Shown: one piece after another, positions 18,987 through 28,558 of the stretch
How positions within the stretch are numbered: position 1 is the first letter of the stretch
Layout: every line of letters starts with the position of its first letter
DNA from: Candidatus Doudnabacteria bacterium
GTDB taxonomy: Bacteria > Patescibacteriota > Doudnabacteria > UBA920 > O2-02-FULL-48-8
Length of the DNA stretch: 64,000 nt
Direction: 5' to 3'
NCBI GenBank assembly: GCA_016186915.1
Contig: JACPKU010000006.1
Coordinates: 350,086 to 414,085 of the forward strand
The notes under the pieces: generated by a model
Seen by the model: the letters and a program-made list of their open reading frames with translations, nothing else
What the model was told of the DNA's origin: nothing
The model's database searches: none
Made by a program: the position numbers and the translations under genes

Positions 18987-19295
18987 ATGGTAAATACAGT
19001 CCAAACTACCAAATATCCCCTAACCCAAGGCTTGGTCAAAAAAGCCAGGCTTTTAGACATTGCCGGGGATCAAACCAGGATTCGAATCTTGTGCTTTATG
19101 TTCGATAACAACCAAGCTTGTGTCTCTGAAATAGCAGAAGCAGTTGGTGCGAGCATTGGCAGCGTTTCTCATCATTTACAGTTGATGAGAGATAATGGTT
19201 TGTTTTCTACTGTACGCGATGGCAACAATATTTGTTACATCCTGACTCAAAACGATTTCACCAAGCAATTAAAAAAAATTATATGTCAAAAGTAA
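18987..19295 (+). CDS. ArsR/SmtB family transcriptional regulator
   Basis: Winged HTH signature TRIRILCFM...CVSEIAEAVGASIGSVSHHLQLMRDNGL; start moved to ATG downstream of the operator. Confidence 0.8.
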   Translation: MVNTVQTTKYPLTQGLVKKARLLDIAGDQTRIRILCFMFDNNQACVSEIAEAVGASIGSVSHHLQLMRDNGLFSTVRDGNNICYILTQNDFTKQLKKIICQK

Positions 19296-19519
19296 CTATT
19301 TATACCACGCAAACCTGTCAATTCTGCAAAATGGCTAAAATGTATTTCAAAGACAATAATGTGGAATACATAGAAAAAGATGTCACCACCAATGCCGCTC
19401 TGCAGCAGGAAATGATCGAGAAGTCCGGCCAGATGGGTGTGCCGGTTATTATTGTGGGTGACCAAGTCGTGGTTGGGTTTGATAAGCCGAGACTGCAAGA
19501 ATTGATAACTGCTGTCTAA
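19283..19519 (+). CDS. Glutaredoxin-like protein (NrdH/YruB-like, CQFC active site)
   Basis: 78 aa, thioredoxin fold motifs TCQFC...GVPVIIV; paralog at 32240-32473. Confidence 0.8.
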   Translation: MSKVTIYTTQTCQFCKMAKMYFKDNNVEYIEKDVTTNAALQQEMIEKSGQMGVPVIIVGDQVVVGFDKPRLQELITAV

Positions 19520-20568
19520 TGAAATTGCCAAAAATGCAATCCCCTATCAGAGTAGTCTTGTTCGTTGCATTATTAATTTTAGTGATTGTTTTTGCTCGAG
19601 AAAAATTTTTCAGCGAAGAATTCGAGATACCACAAGGCGCTACAACTTCATTGTCAGAAAATATGACTGATAAAAAACAAACAGTGGAACCAAAACAGAT
19701 TTTTGTGACTGACGGTGTGAAGCACACAATTCCTCTCAATGAAATCGTGGGTGGCGGCCCACCCAAAGATGGCATTCCCTCAATTGACGACCCAAAGTTT
19801 GTTTCCATCGCCGAGGCTAATAAATTTGTATCTGATGAAGAACCTGGAATCGCCATAAATATAGATGGAGTGCAACGGTTCTACCCTTTCCAAATTCTAG
19901 TCTGGCATGAAATCGTCAATGATACTATTAATGGCAAAAGGATTTTGATTAGTTATTGCCCCTTGTGCCTAACAGCTATAGTGTTTGATCCGGTTGTCAA
20001 CGGGAAGCAAGTAGAATTCGGCGTATCTGGTAAACTTTGGAACTCTAATTTGTTGATGTATGATCGCCAAACCGATTCATTGTGGTCTCAAGCATTAGGA
20101 GAAGCAGTGTTAGGCGAACGAACAACTGACAAATTAGAAGTTTTGGCTTCTGATATCCTCAAATTTGGTGTTTGGAAGTCTGCCAACACAAAAGGTGAAG
20201 TGCTGTCCCGCGACACCGGGGCCACTAGATTTTACGGTCAAGACCCTTACGGGGATTACTATACCAACAACTCGGCATTATTTTTCCCTGTGGCCACTGC
20301 GGATGACAGGCTCGAACGAAAAGATTTTGTGCTTGGTATAGTGATCAACGGGCAAGCTAAAGCATATTATACTGAAGCCGTGAAAAAAGTTGGAAGAGTG
20401 GAAGAAAAATTTGCTGGCAAAACAATTATTGCTGAGTATGATCCAAGTCTCGATGTTGTGCGAATTTTTTCCGCCGAAGGCGGAAAAAAACTGGTCCGGA
20501 TCAACCCGTTTGGTTCATTTTGGTTTTCCTGGGTCGCCTCTCATCCAGACACAGAACTTTATAAATAA
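19519..20568 (+). CDS. DUF3179-like protein (conserved YCPLCxT motif), N-terminal membrane anchor
   Basis: Motif ISYCPLCLTAIVFDP and WHEIVND region as recalled for DUF3179. Confidence 0.5.
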   Translation: MKLPKMQSPIRVVLFVALLILVIVFAREKFFSEEFEIPQGATTSLSENMTDKKQTVEPKQIFVTDGVKHTIPLNEIVGGGPPKDGIPSIDDPKFVSIAEANKFVSDEEPGIAINIDGVQRFYPFQILVWHEIVNDTINGKRILISYCPLCLTAIVFDPVVNGKQVEFGVSGKLWNSNLLMYDRQTDSLWSQALGEAVLGERTTDKLEVLASDILKFGVWKSANTKGEVLSRDTGATRFYGQDPYGDYYTNNSALFFPVATADDRLERKDFVLGIVINGQAKAYYTEAVKKVGRVEEKFAGKTIIAEYDPSLDVVRIFSAEGGKKLVRINPFGSFWFSWVASHPDTELYK

Positions 20569-20577
20569 TCACCATCT

Positions 20578-21111
20578 ATGCAAAAACTAACAATTGCCAT
20601 AATAATCATTGTGGCATTCTTCGGAGCATTACTGCTATTGAATAACAATCAATCAAGCGAGAGATCGAGTTCAGGGACTGGTCAATCTAGTTATACCCAA
20701 GTTCCTGATTTTTCCTTCGAAGATTTCAACGGCAACACGATCAGCCTTGCCGATTTCCAAGGCCAGCCAAAAATTATTAATTCTTGGGCGGTGTGGTGTC
20801 CGTTTTGCGTGGAAGAATTAAAAGCATTTGCTGAGGCCAAACAAGAATTGGGTGACGAAATCGCAATCATTGCGATTGACAGAGCAGAAAGTCTTCGCTT
20901 AACCAAAAGATTTACTGACGACTTGGGCGTGACTGATAAGTTGATCTTTCTTCTAGATCCTAAAGATTCTTTTTACCGCTCGATCGGCGGCTTCTCTATG
21001 CCTGAAACTTTGTTCGTGGATGGTGACAATAATATCCTGGAACATAAACGAGGGCCCATGACCACTTCTGAAATTATAGAAAAATCTAAAACTCACTTTA
21101 ATCTCGACTAA
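20578..21111 (+). CDS. Thiol-disulfide oxidoreductase, TlpA/ResA-like thioredoxin (WCPFC)
   Basis: N-terminal TM anchor; WAVWCPFCVEEL redoxin motif. Confidence 0.8.
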   Translation: MQKLTIAIIIIVAFFGALLLLNNNQSSERSSSGTGQSSYTQVPDFSFEDFNGNTISLADFQGQPKIINSWAVWCPFCVEELKAFAEAKQELGDEIAIIAIDRAESLRLTKRFTDDLGVTDKLIFLLDPKDSFYRSIGGFSMPETLFVDGDNNILEHKRGPMTTSEIIEKSKTHFNLD

Positions 21112-21113
21112 TT

Positions 21114-21869
21114 ATGGATACAGCACTAATAATTCCAGCGTTTATCGCAGGCATCCTTACTTTCCTAGCCCCTTGCACGCTCCCCTTGGTACCAGGCTAT
21201 TTAGGCTTTATCAGCGGGTCTTCTTTGGAAGATCTCAAAGACCCTGCCAAAGCCAAACGAGTTAGATGGAGTATCTTCCTCAATGGTCTTTTGTTTATCA
21301 TAGGATTCAGCATCATCTTTATCCTCTTAGGCACGCTGGCTGGATTTGCCGGCCAAATCATCGCACCTTATCGCCTTTGGCTAACTAAACTTGGGGGTGT
21401 ATTTGTGATTATTTTTGGGTTATTCATGCTCAACATCCTTAAGCTTCCTTTTTTGGCCAGCGAAACTCAGTTCAAAACTCCCAAACTGTTCCAGCGAGGC
21501 CGCCCTACGAACTCTTTGATCCTAGGTTCGGCTTTCGGATTCGGCTGGACACCGTGTGTCGGACCAATCCTCGCTTCTGTCCTCCTGCTCGCATCTACCA
21601 CAACCACTGCCTTGCAAGGCGCTTTCTTGCTTTTGATCTTCTCGCTCGGTCTGGCCATCCCTTTCTTGGCCATAGCCTTAGGGATCGGGTCGGCTGCCAA
21701 ATACATAGGCAAAATCACCAGATACTTAAATGCCGTATCCATTATTGGCGGCGTATTTCTGATTTTTTTAGGAGTCCTTCTCCTAACCGACAATGTTGTC
21801 TTACTAATTTCCTGGGGTTACCAGCTGTTTGACTTTATTAACTACGAAAAAATAATTAATTATTTATAG
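21114..21869 (+). CDS. ccdA: Cytochrome c biogenesis/thiol-disulfide transporter CcdA (DsbD transmembrane domain family)
   Basis: Two conserved membrane-embedded Cys: LAPCTLPLVPGY and GWTPCVGPIL. Confidence 0.85.
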   Translation: MDTALIIPAFIAGILTFLAPCTLPLVPGYLGFISGSSLEDLKDPAKAKRVRWSIFLNGLLFIIGFSIIFILLGTLAGFAGQIIAPYRLWLTKLGGVFVIIFGLFMLNILKLPFLASETQFKTPKLFQRGRPTNSLILGSAFGFGWTPCVGPILASVLLLASTTTTALQGAFLLLIFSLGLAIPFLAIALGIGSAAKYIGKITRYLNAVSIIGGVFLIFLGVLLLTDNVVLLISWGYQLFDFINYEKIINYL

Positions 21870-21871
21870 GT

Positions 21872-22438
21872 ATGGCTAAAAATAGAGAACGTGGAGTAAA
21901 TAAAGCCGCGTTGATTACTTGGATCGCGTCTGGTTTAATATTAGTAGGTCTAGTGGTGTTTGTGGCCACACGAAATTCTCCGGATGGCAATGTCCAAGGT
22001 ATCGAGATTGCGAATGGCAGTGCTGATGTCGACAAGGCCGGCCTTGCTGATTTTACTCTGACGAGCCTGGATGGCGCTGATATTGCCTTAGCTGGCTATC
22101 GCGGGCAAAAACCTGTGATTTTGGATTTTTGGGCCACCTGGTGTCCCAATTGCCGCCGGGACATGCCAGTCTTGAACAGGCTTTATCAAAAATACAAAGA
22201 AGATGTAGAAGTGATTGCTGTTAATCTGCGTGAAAATGAACGCACTGTCCGGCGTTTTGTCGAGGAGGAAGGATTTACTTTTCCTGTGGTGCTTGATCCC
22301 AGAGGAAAAGTATCCAGAGAGTTTGGAATCCAATACACCAACACCCATGTGTTTATAAACAAGAATGGTCGAATCTTGAAAGTCTTGCCAGGTGACATAG
22401 CAGAATCTGATTTTTTGTCTTTGATTAACGAAAGTTAA
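21872..22438 (+). CDS. Thiol-disulfide oxidoreductase, TlpA/ResA-like thioredoxin (WCPNC)
   Basis: TM anchor; DFWATWCPNCRRDMP motif. Confidence 0.8.
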   Translation: MAKNRERGVNKAALITWIASGLILVGLVVFVATRNSPDGNVQGIEIANGSADVDKAGLADFTLTSLDGADIALAGYRGQKPVILDFWATWCPNCRRDMPVLNRLYQKYKEDVEVIAVNLRENERTVRRFVEEEGFTFPVVLDPRGKVSREFGIQYTNTHVFINKNGRILKVLPGDIAESDFLSLINES

Positions 22439-22455
22439 AAAGGAGCATTTAATCT

Positions 22456-22758
22456 ATGAAAGGAGCAGAATTCTTGAAAGCAATATGGAATGGAAAAATA
22501 ATTGCGGAGAGCGACGATACGGTGGTGGTTGAAAGTAATCACTATTTTCCCGCTGCATCGGTAAAAATGGAGTATCTTAAAAAAAGCGGGAACAAATATA
22601 CCTGTCACTGGAAAGGGGTTTGCGATTATTATGATGTAGCGGTTGACGGCGAGGTTTGCCAAGATTGCTCTTGGATGTATCCTGAACCGACCAAGCCGGC
22701 ACAGTCCATCAAAGGCCGTTTTGCTTTTTGGCAAGGGGTAAAAATCGTAAGCAGTTGA
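22456..22758 (+). CDS. DUF427 domain protein
   Basis: Conserved YFP...TxCxxKGxxxYY pattern (TCHWKGVCDYYDV). Confidence 0.55.
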   Translation: MKGAEFLKAIWNGKIIAESDDTVVVESNHYFPAASVKMEYLKKSGNKYTCHWKGVCDYYDVAVDGEVCQDCSWMYPEPTKPAQSIKGRFAFWQGVKIVSS

Positions 22759-22766
22759 CTGTAATT

Positions 22767-23234
22767 ATGATCGAGCATTCAAAACCGAATTTTAACCAAG
22801 TTACCCAAAACATCTGGATCGGCAACAATATGTGCTGCCAGCTGCACGGTTCAGAATTGATTAAACTGGGCTTTGACGCCGACATTGACCTGGAAGATAC
22901 CCGGGCAGAAGAACCGCCGCATACCAAGATCTATCTTTGGCTGCCCACAGTCAATCACACCCCGCCTAGCATGGATCAGCTGGCCGCGGGAGTGGCGGCT
23001 CTCAAAACCTTGGTTGAGCGCAACCTGAAAGTTTACGTCCACTGCCAAAACGGCCATGGTCGCGCGCCGACTCTGGTAGCGGCTTACTTCGTAAGCCTTG
23101 GTCAATCCGTCGAGGAAGCGATAGCGGTAATCAAAGCCAAACGGCCGGCGATTCATTTGCAGGATTCCCAAATTGAGGCGCTTAAAGAGTTTCAACGGAA
23201 AGCGAATTTGTCGCGCAGGCTTTTAAGAAAATAG
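22767..23234 (+). CDS. Dual-specificity/protein-tyrosine phosphatase (CX5R P-loop)
   Basis: VHCQNGHGRAPTLVAAY active-site signature. Confidence 0.75.
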   Translation: MIEHSKPNFNQVTQNIWIGNNMCCQLHGSELIKLGFDADIDLEDTRAEEPPHTKIYLWLPTVNHTPPSMDQLAAGVAALKTLVERNLKVYVHCQNGHGRAPTLVAAYFVSLGQSVEEAIAVIKAKRPAIHLQDSQIEALKEFQRKANLSRRLLRK

Positions 23235-24052
23235 TGTTTTTCAAATTCCGCGAATTCCACATATTGACTGGCCCGGCTGATGAAAATTTCGTCCTGTTCC
23301 TGCAAAGGGAAAATATTTTCCCCGTCGGCTACCAGCAAAACATCTGCTGATTGACTGGTGTTTGCAATCTTGAGTAATTCTTTCCGGCGAAATCGGCTGA
23401 TGATTAATTTAACTTTTTGATTGCCGTTGAGGACCAGACTGGGGGTTGGCAAATTATGGTCCAGCAATTCGGTCAGGATAATATTGTTGGTGTCGGGCAT
23501 GACAATCGGACCGTGAGCCGATAAATTGTAAGCAGTAGATCCTGTCGCGGTAGAGAGCAAGGCTCCTGTTCCCCGAATATATTGGACCGGATGTCCGTCG
23601 ATTTCGGTTGTAATTTCCACCATTCCGAGTGGATTGATCACCACCGTTTCATTGAGCGCCAAAGTTTTATAGATTACGCGTTGCCGGCGCTTGACCTCGG
23701 CTTTGAGCATAACTCGCCGACTTACTTGATATTGGCCGGCGAATAATTTTGATAAATAATGAAAAATTCTTTTTGGTTCCCGAACAGAAGCTAAAAATCC
23801 CAATCTCCCAAGATTAAGCCCGACCACCACCGCTCCTTTTTTCTGGCAGAGCTTCGCCGCCTTTAGAATGGTGCCGTCGCCGCCAATAACAATAAGCGCT
23901 TGGTAATTTTTGTCGTCAATCCTGACTTGCGGGGATCTTTTTAACCAAGTTAAAATTTTATTCTTCAAATTCAGAGCCGCCGCATCCGGGGAAGAAAAAT
24001 AAAAACTGATCCTTTTGATTTTTTTCAACCCGTTAGAAATCTTGCGCTTCAT
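23192..24052 (-). CDS. nadK: NAD kinase
   Basis: GGDGT motif (LIVIGGDGTILKAA) and conserved NE/D...TGSTAYNLSA region. Confidence 0.9.
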   Translation of the reverse strand: MKRKISNGLKKIKRISFYFSSPDAAALNLKNKILTWLKRSPQVRIDDKNYQALIVIGGDGTILKAAKLCQKKGAVVVGLNLGRLGFLASVREPKRIFHYLSKLFAGQYQVSRRVMLKAEVKRRQRVIYKTLALNETVVINPLGMVEITTEIDGHPVQYIRGTGALLSTATGSTAYNLSAHGPIVMPDTNNIILTELLDHNLPTPSLVLNGNQKVKLIISRFRRKELLKIANTSQSADVLLVADGENIFPLQEQDEIFISRASQYVEFAEFEKHYFLKSLRDKFAFR

Positions 24053-24136
24053 CTTAGTTTAATCGTTAAAAATTAGTTTCGCATTAATAACGTAAAAATT
24101 ACCCACAACAGTTATCTTGTTTATTTCTAACGGGTT

Positions 24137-24844
24137 TCATGACGGCGGATTCATGCCCTGTTTTAATTTTAAGCAGTATAAACAATTATTGAGAATTTTT
24201 TCCTGATGCAGTCTGATTACCCGCCCTTCACCGTATTCAATCATGCCCTGCCGGATCAGCTCATTCAGACTCTTGGTCACGGTTTCCCTGCTGACCCCGG
24301 TCATGTCAGCCAGCTCCTGATGAGTCAATTTTTCTTCAATTTCCAAAACACCGCCAAGATCTTTGCCGTGAGCGACCGCGTGCCGAAGCAGCTCATTAAG
24401 CAAACGGGTTTCAGCGCCCGCCAAGGCCATGTCTTTGATTTTGCTTTCTGCCTGATGCAATCTGTCGCGCAGGGTTACTAGCAGAATCATGGCAACCTCC
24501 GGATATTTTTTAAGTAAAATATTTAAATCTTGCGCGCTGATGACACAGGCTGTTGTAGTCTGATCAGCTTGCGCGAAATTATCCGCCGGAAGAACGTGAG
24601 CAGTCCCAGTGAAAGAAAGATCACCGAAGAAATCCCCGTTTTTTAAGACTTGGATGACAATTTTACGCCCTTCCGCGGACCGGTAAAGTTTGACTTCGCC
24701 AGCGAGAAGCAAGTAGATTTTTGACTCTTCGCCGCCGCGAAAATAAATCATTTCGCCTTTTTGAAATGTCTTTTTAACGCACAGGCGGTTTAACTCTGCC
24801 AGGACAAGGGCTGGCAATTTTTCGAAACCAGGGAGGTTGTGCAT
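24137..24844 (-). CDS. Crp/Fnr family transcriptional regulator (cNMP-binding domain + C-terminal HTH)
   Basis: Beta-roll cNMP domain; HTH TGVSRETVTKSLNELIRQGMI. Confidence 0.85.
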   Translation of the reverse strand: MHNLPGFEKLPALVLAELNRLCVKKTFQKGEMIYFRGGEESKIYLLLAGEVKLYRSAEGRKIVIQVLKNGDFFGDLSFTGTAHVLPADNFAQADQTTTACVISAQDLNILLKKYPEVAMILLVTLRDRLHQAESKIKDMALAGAETRLLNELLRHAVAHGKDLGGVLEIEEKLTHQELADMTGVSRETVTKSLNELIRQGMIEYGEGRVIRLHQEKILNNCLYCLKLKQGMNPPS

Positions 24845-25130
24845 AGTCGGTTAATCGGCTAATTCGCTGGTAGCATAACCTAGTTTTCTCATTTCTATAA
24901 ATAAGGTCTTCAATATCGTTTCTCTTCTTAATTGTTCAGCTTCACTGATCAGTTCCATATGCTTCCAATTCAGCTAAGAGCTTGGCTTCGTTATATGCTT
25001 CAGGATTGGTTTCGGATGGCGATGTTTCTCCGAGCATATTCTAAGTTTAGCACCCCCGGGCATTTTAAACAATAAAAAAGAGCCGCTAAGATCATAGGTT
25101 CTTAGCGGCGAAGCTCAGCGACATGACCTT

Positions 25131-25940
25131 TCAGCAGCGGTAGTCCGGCGCCCACTTGGTGTTGCGGGACCGAGGAACTGGCATGGCAGCGGCGTATGGC
25201 TCGGTTTGACCAAAGAACTTGGCCCGGATGCGCGCTTTCTCGTGCACCAGCCGCGCCCGCGTGCGATTGTCGTCGGTCACTCCCAGGCGCACCACCACGG
25301 CATCCATGATCGCGTCCAGCGCATCCTTCTGCGCCGAAGCGGCTTTCTCGCAGGTCGCGCCCATGAACATCTCGGGCCCGATCGCAAGCACGATCGGCAG
25401 ATGCACGTCGTCTTCCAGTTCGGTGTCAGTCTGGCAAATCAGGCCGATGGTCAGGGCGCCTCGCTTGGCGGCCTGATTTGCAGCGCCCCGGGTGTAAGGA
25501 GTGCGGCCAGTGGCGGAGACGCAAATGAGAACGTCTTGCTTGGTCAAGTTGAGCCGGTTGACTTCGGCTTCGCCTTCGTCCCAGCTGTCCTCCAGCTCTT
25601 CGCAGCCCAGCGGCTCGAAGATTTTTGCTCCTCCCGCCACCGCGTAGGCGAACTGGGCTGGACTGATCGGTTCATGGTTCTGCGGCAGTTCTCGCATGAC
25701 GCTCATGCCGGCCACTCCTGACCCGCCAGCGCCCAGGGTAATGACCCGGCCGCCCTTGCGGATGCGGTCCACGATCATAACCGCGGCCTGTTCCAGGGCC
25801 GTCGCTGCGCCCAGCAGCGCTTCGTACACGCGCACGACCTCGTCGATGCGATGCTCAATGATCTTGCACGTGGTCCAGTTGCCGATACCGACGGTGTTCC
25901 GATTGATTTCCTTCTCCGGACTCCATTGCTTAGTCTTCAT
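25131..25940 (-). CDS. SIS-domain sugar-phosphate etherase, N-acetylmuramic acid 6-phosphate etherase (MurQ)-like
   Basis: Strong similarity pattern to MurQ (GRVITLGAGGSG..., LICVSATGRTPYTRGAANQAAKRGALTIGL); ~62% GC, terminator hairpin downstream. Confidence 0.6.
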   Translation of the reverse strand: MKTKQWSPEKEINRNTVGIGNWTTCKIIEHRIDEVVRVYEALLGAATALEQAAVMIVDRIRKGGRVITLGAGGSGVAGMSVMRELPQNHEPISPAQFAYAVAGGAKIFEPLGCEELEDSWDEGEAEVNRLNLTKQDVLICVSATGRTPYTRGAANQAAKRGALTIGLICQTDTELEDDVHLPIVLAIGPEMFMGATCEKAASAQKDALDAIMDAVVVRLGVTDDNRTRARLVHEKARIRAKFFGQTEPYAAAMPVPRSRNTKWAPDYRC

Positions 25941-26073
25941 GACTTAATCCTCCTTTTTGGATTGTCAGATTGTATCATACTGTGCTTTCCCATCCGGTTC
26001 TGTGAACTACATTACAAAAAACCCCCTTTTTCGAGGGGGTTGTCAGGTTGCGTGATTTAGCTGAACTCTTGAG

Positions 26074-26775
26074 TTAAAAAACTTTGACGATTCCGGTATT
26101 GAAATTGGGCCTGCTGCCGGGTTTGATTTGGTCGTACAAATATTTGGGAATTCCCAGATCAGCCACAAAAATCTTGCCGGAAAGTTTTCGGTCACCACTG
26201 GTCTTAAACGCGGTTTTGGGCAGGGCAAGACTAAGGGTCGCGGAAGCTGCAATACATTCCGCAGCACACTTGCCAGTTGTCGCGTCAAGACCGGAAGGCA
26301 AATCATAGGCAATAGTGAGGCCTGGCGCCTGATTGATCAGCCGAATAATTTCCGCAAACGGATTTTCAATCGTGCCCTTCAAGTGATAGCCAAAAATAGC
26401 GTCAATTAAAATATCTGCGTTGCGTATGGTCTTGGCGGCCTGCAACTTGTTTTTCCTAAAAGACAGAACAGGGATACCCATATTGCCCACCAGCTGCAAA
26501 TGGTGTTGGGCGTTTTGATTAAGGTTCGGATCAGTCAAGATTGCTTTGACTTTTAAGCCGGCATTGGCAAGAAACCGGGCGGCTGACAAGCCGTCCCCGC
26601 CGTTATTGCCTTTCCCGACAATTATCGCAACTTTGGCGGTTTTTGGGATTTTTAGCAGCCGGAAGAGCTGGGCCATGTGCCAGCCGGCCAACTCCATCAT
26701 TTGCAGAATCTCAAGCCCGCTGTCCACGGCCAGCCGGTCCAATTTTTCCATTTGTTTAGCAGTGGCGAAATACAT
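26074..26775 (-). CDS. nnr: NAD(P)H-hydrate epimerase (YjeF N-terminal domain), paralog 1
   Basis: GKGNNGGDG motif; 233 aa. Confidence 0.8.
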   Translation of the reverse strand: MYFATAKQMEKLDRLAVDSGLEILQMMELAGWHMAQLFRLLKIPKTAKVAIIVGKGNNGGDGLSAARFLANAGLKVKAILTDPNLNQNAQHHLQLVGNMGIPVLSFRKNKLQAAKTIRNADILIDAIFGYHLKGTIENPFAEIIRLINQAPGLTIAYDLPSGLDATTGKCAAECIAASATLSLALPKTAFKTSGDRKLSGKIFVADLGIPKYLYDQIKPGSRPNFNTGIVKVF

Positions 26776-26789
26776 AAGAGCCAGTTCTT

Positions 26790-27506
26790 TTATTGGACAA
26801 CGATATTATCGCCTTGTTCCAGTTCCTGTTCGCTTTGCTTTCGACCCAAGAGGTGCCCGGCTTTGTTCTGCTTGGTTTCTAGATAAAATTTATTGTATTC
26901 ATTCGGCGGAATAATAATCGGCAGGCGTGCCGTCACTTTCACGCCGTGTTTGTCCAGACCAGTAATCTTTTGGGGGTTATTGGTCAGGAGTTTGATTGAT
27001 TTCACTTTCAAGGAAAAGAGCATGTGGGCGGCAATATCATATTCCCGTTCGTCGCCTGAAAAACCCAGCATGTGATCGGCCTCAATTGTATCAAAGCCCA
27101 GATCCTGCAGGGCGTAAGCTTTGATTTTATTAGTAAATCCAATGCCTCGGCCTTCTTGGCGCAAGTAGAGCAAGATCCCTTCGGGCAGTTTGCCCAAAGT
27201 CTTAAGCGCGGTGGTGAGTTGATCCCGGCAATCACAACGCAACGAACCAATCGCATCGCCGGTTAAGCATTCGGAATGTAAGCGCGTGGGAACGTTTTCC
27301 TTGCCAAACACATCACCTTTGATCAAGGCCGTGTGTTCTTTTTTATCCTTTTCACTGTAAAACGCCACGATCTGAAAGTGGCCAAAGCGGGAGGGGAGAT
27401 TAGCCACCGCTACAATTTTCACGCAAACGCCTCCGAAACTGCTCGGCGGACAACGGTGTTCCTCGTTTTTGCGCAACAATTCCTTGATGGTTGGTTTTGT
27501 TAACAT
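26790..27506 (-). CDS. ribA: GTP cyclohydrolase II
   Basis: RLHSECLTGDAIGSLRCDCRDQL zinc/Cys motif, EGRGIG. Confidence 0.88.
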   Translation of the reverse strand: MLTKPTIKELLRKNEEHRCPPSSFGGVCVKIVAVANLPSRFGHFQIVAFYSEKDKKEHTALIKGDVFGKENVPTRLHSECLTGDAIGSLRCDCRDQLTTALKTLGKLPEGILLYLRQEGRGIGFTNKIKAYALQDLGFDTIEADHMLGFSGDEREYDIAAHMLFSLKVKSIKLLTNNPQKITGLDKHGVKVTARLPIIIPPNEYNKFYLETKQNKAGHLLGRKQSEQELEQGDNIVVQ

Positions 27507-27512
27507 AATTAG

Positions 27513-28127
27513 TTATCGTTTGGCATATTGAACCAGATCTTGAATTGTAATAATTTTCAAATTTAATCTTTTGGATAGCTTTAATAAGTCAGAAGCGGTG
27601 GCCATTTTGCCATCAACCCGCACAATCTCGCATAACACTCCGGCCGGCGAAAAACCGGCCAGCTGAGCAAGCATTACCACGGCTTCTGTGTGCCCCGGAC
27701 GTTTAAGAATTCCGCCCGGCTCGGCCACGAGGCCGAAGACATGCCCTGGCCTGGACAGAGCCTGCGGTTTGGCTCGAGGATTCCCCAAAATTTTGATCGT
27801 GTTTGTTCGGTCATGCGCGGAAACACCAGTGGTGATGCCCTTTGCGGCGTTCACGGAAATTGTAAAGTTGACCTTGGTTTTTTCCGTGTTACTTTTGGGC
27901 CGCACCATCAAGGGCAGACGCAAGCGCCGTCGTTGCTCTTCCGAAATGGCAACCGCAAGAATTCCGCTGCCCTGCTTAATCATGACGGCAACTTCCTTCG
28001 GGCTTATGGTTTGAACCGGCATAAAAAAATCACCTTCGTTTTCCCTTTCTGGGCCGTCCACGACAATTAGCATTTTTTTGCGCTGTAAATCCTTGATCGC
28101 TTCGGAAACTTTTGAGAAATTTTTCAT
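27513..28127 (-). CDS. ribB: 3,4-dihydroxy-2-butanone 4-phosphate synthase
   Basis: RENEGDF motif, overall DHBP synthase pattern. Confidence 0.88.
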   Translation of the reverse strand: MKNFSKVSEAIKDLQRKKMLIVVDGPERENEGDFFMPVQTISPKEVAVMIKQGSGILAVAISEEQRRRLRLPLMVRPKSNTEKTKVNFTISVNAAKGITTGVSAHDRTNTIKILGNPRAKPQALSRPGHVFGLVAEPGGILKRPGHTEAVVMLAQLAGFSPAGVLCEIVRVDGKMATASDLLKLSKRLNLKIITIQDLVQYAKR

Positions 28128-28558
28128 AGCTGCTTAATCAGCTTAATCATTGTTAGCGCGGTCAATGCCGCTTCCACTCCTTTGTTTTCATTTTTTCGGG
28201 TTGCCCGCTCAACAGCATCTTTTAAATCATACACGGCCAATACCTCGAAAATCAGCGGGATTTCGTATTGCCAAGATACATCCATACATCCCCGGATGCA
28301 TTCATTGGCGATTTGTTCGAAGTGATAAGTCTGGCCTTTGACAATCGCCCCGAACGCGATGATAGCGTCGTATTTAGCCTTTTTGGCCAGTTTTTTGAAG
28401 ACGAGGGGGATTTCGAGTGAACCGGGCACGCGGAATATATCCACCTGTTTTCGACCAACGCCCCGGCGTTGTAAAGTTTGAAGGCAACGTTTTTCCAAGT
28501 TATCGCTGACTTCTTTACGGAAGGAACTGCTGACAATCGCAATTTTAATGTCTTTCAT
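28124..28558 (-). CDS. ribH: 6,7-dimethyl-8-ribityllumazine synthase
   Basis: 144 aa flavodoxin-like fold, VPGSLEIP motif, operon context. Confidence 0.85.
   Translation of the reverse strand: MKDIKIAIVSSSFRKEVSDNLEKRCLQTLQRRGVGRKQVDIFRVPGSLEIPLVFKKLAKKAKYDAIIAFGAIVKGQTYHFEQIANECIRGCMDVSWQYEIPLIFEVLAVYDLKDAVERATRKNENKGVEAALTALTMIKLIKQL

Noticed and set aside
24850-25130. Two overlapping ~34-codon minus-strand frames (MLGETSPSETNPEAYNEAKLLAELEAYGTDQ / MELISEAEQLRRETILKTLFIEMRKLGYATSELAD) suggesting a frameshifted small gene, for example an antitoxin remnant
   Set aside because: There is no recognisable family and neither frame has an RBS. It could simply be non-coding spacer carrying the MurQ-like gene terminator.
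25206-25947. Overlapping + strand ORFs antisense to the MurQ-like gene
   Set aside because: High GC content inflates ORF length, the translations are Ala/Arg/Ser-rich, and the MurQ-like frame has a clear family signature.
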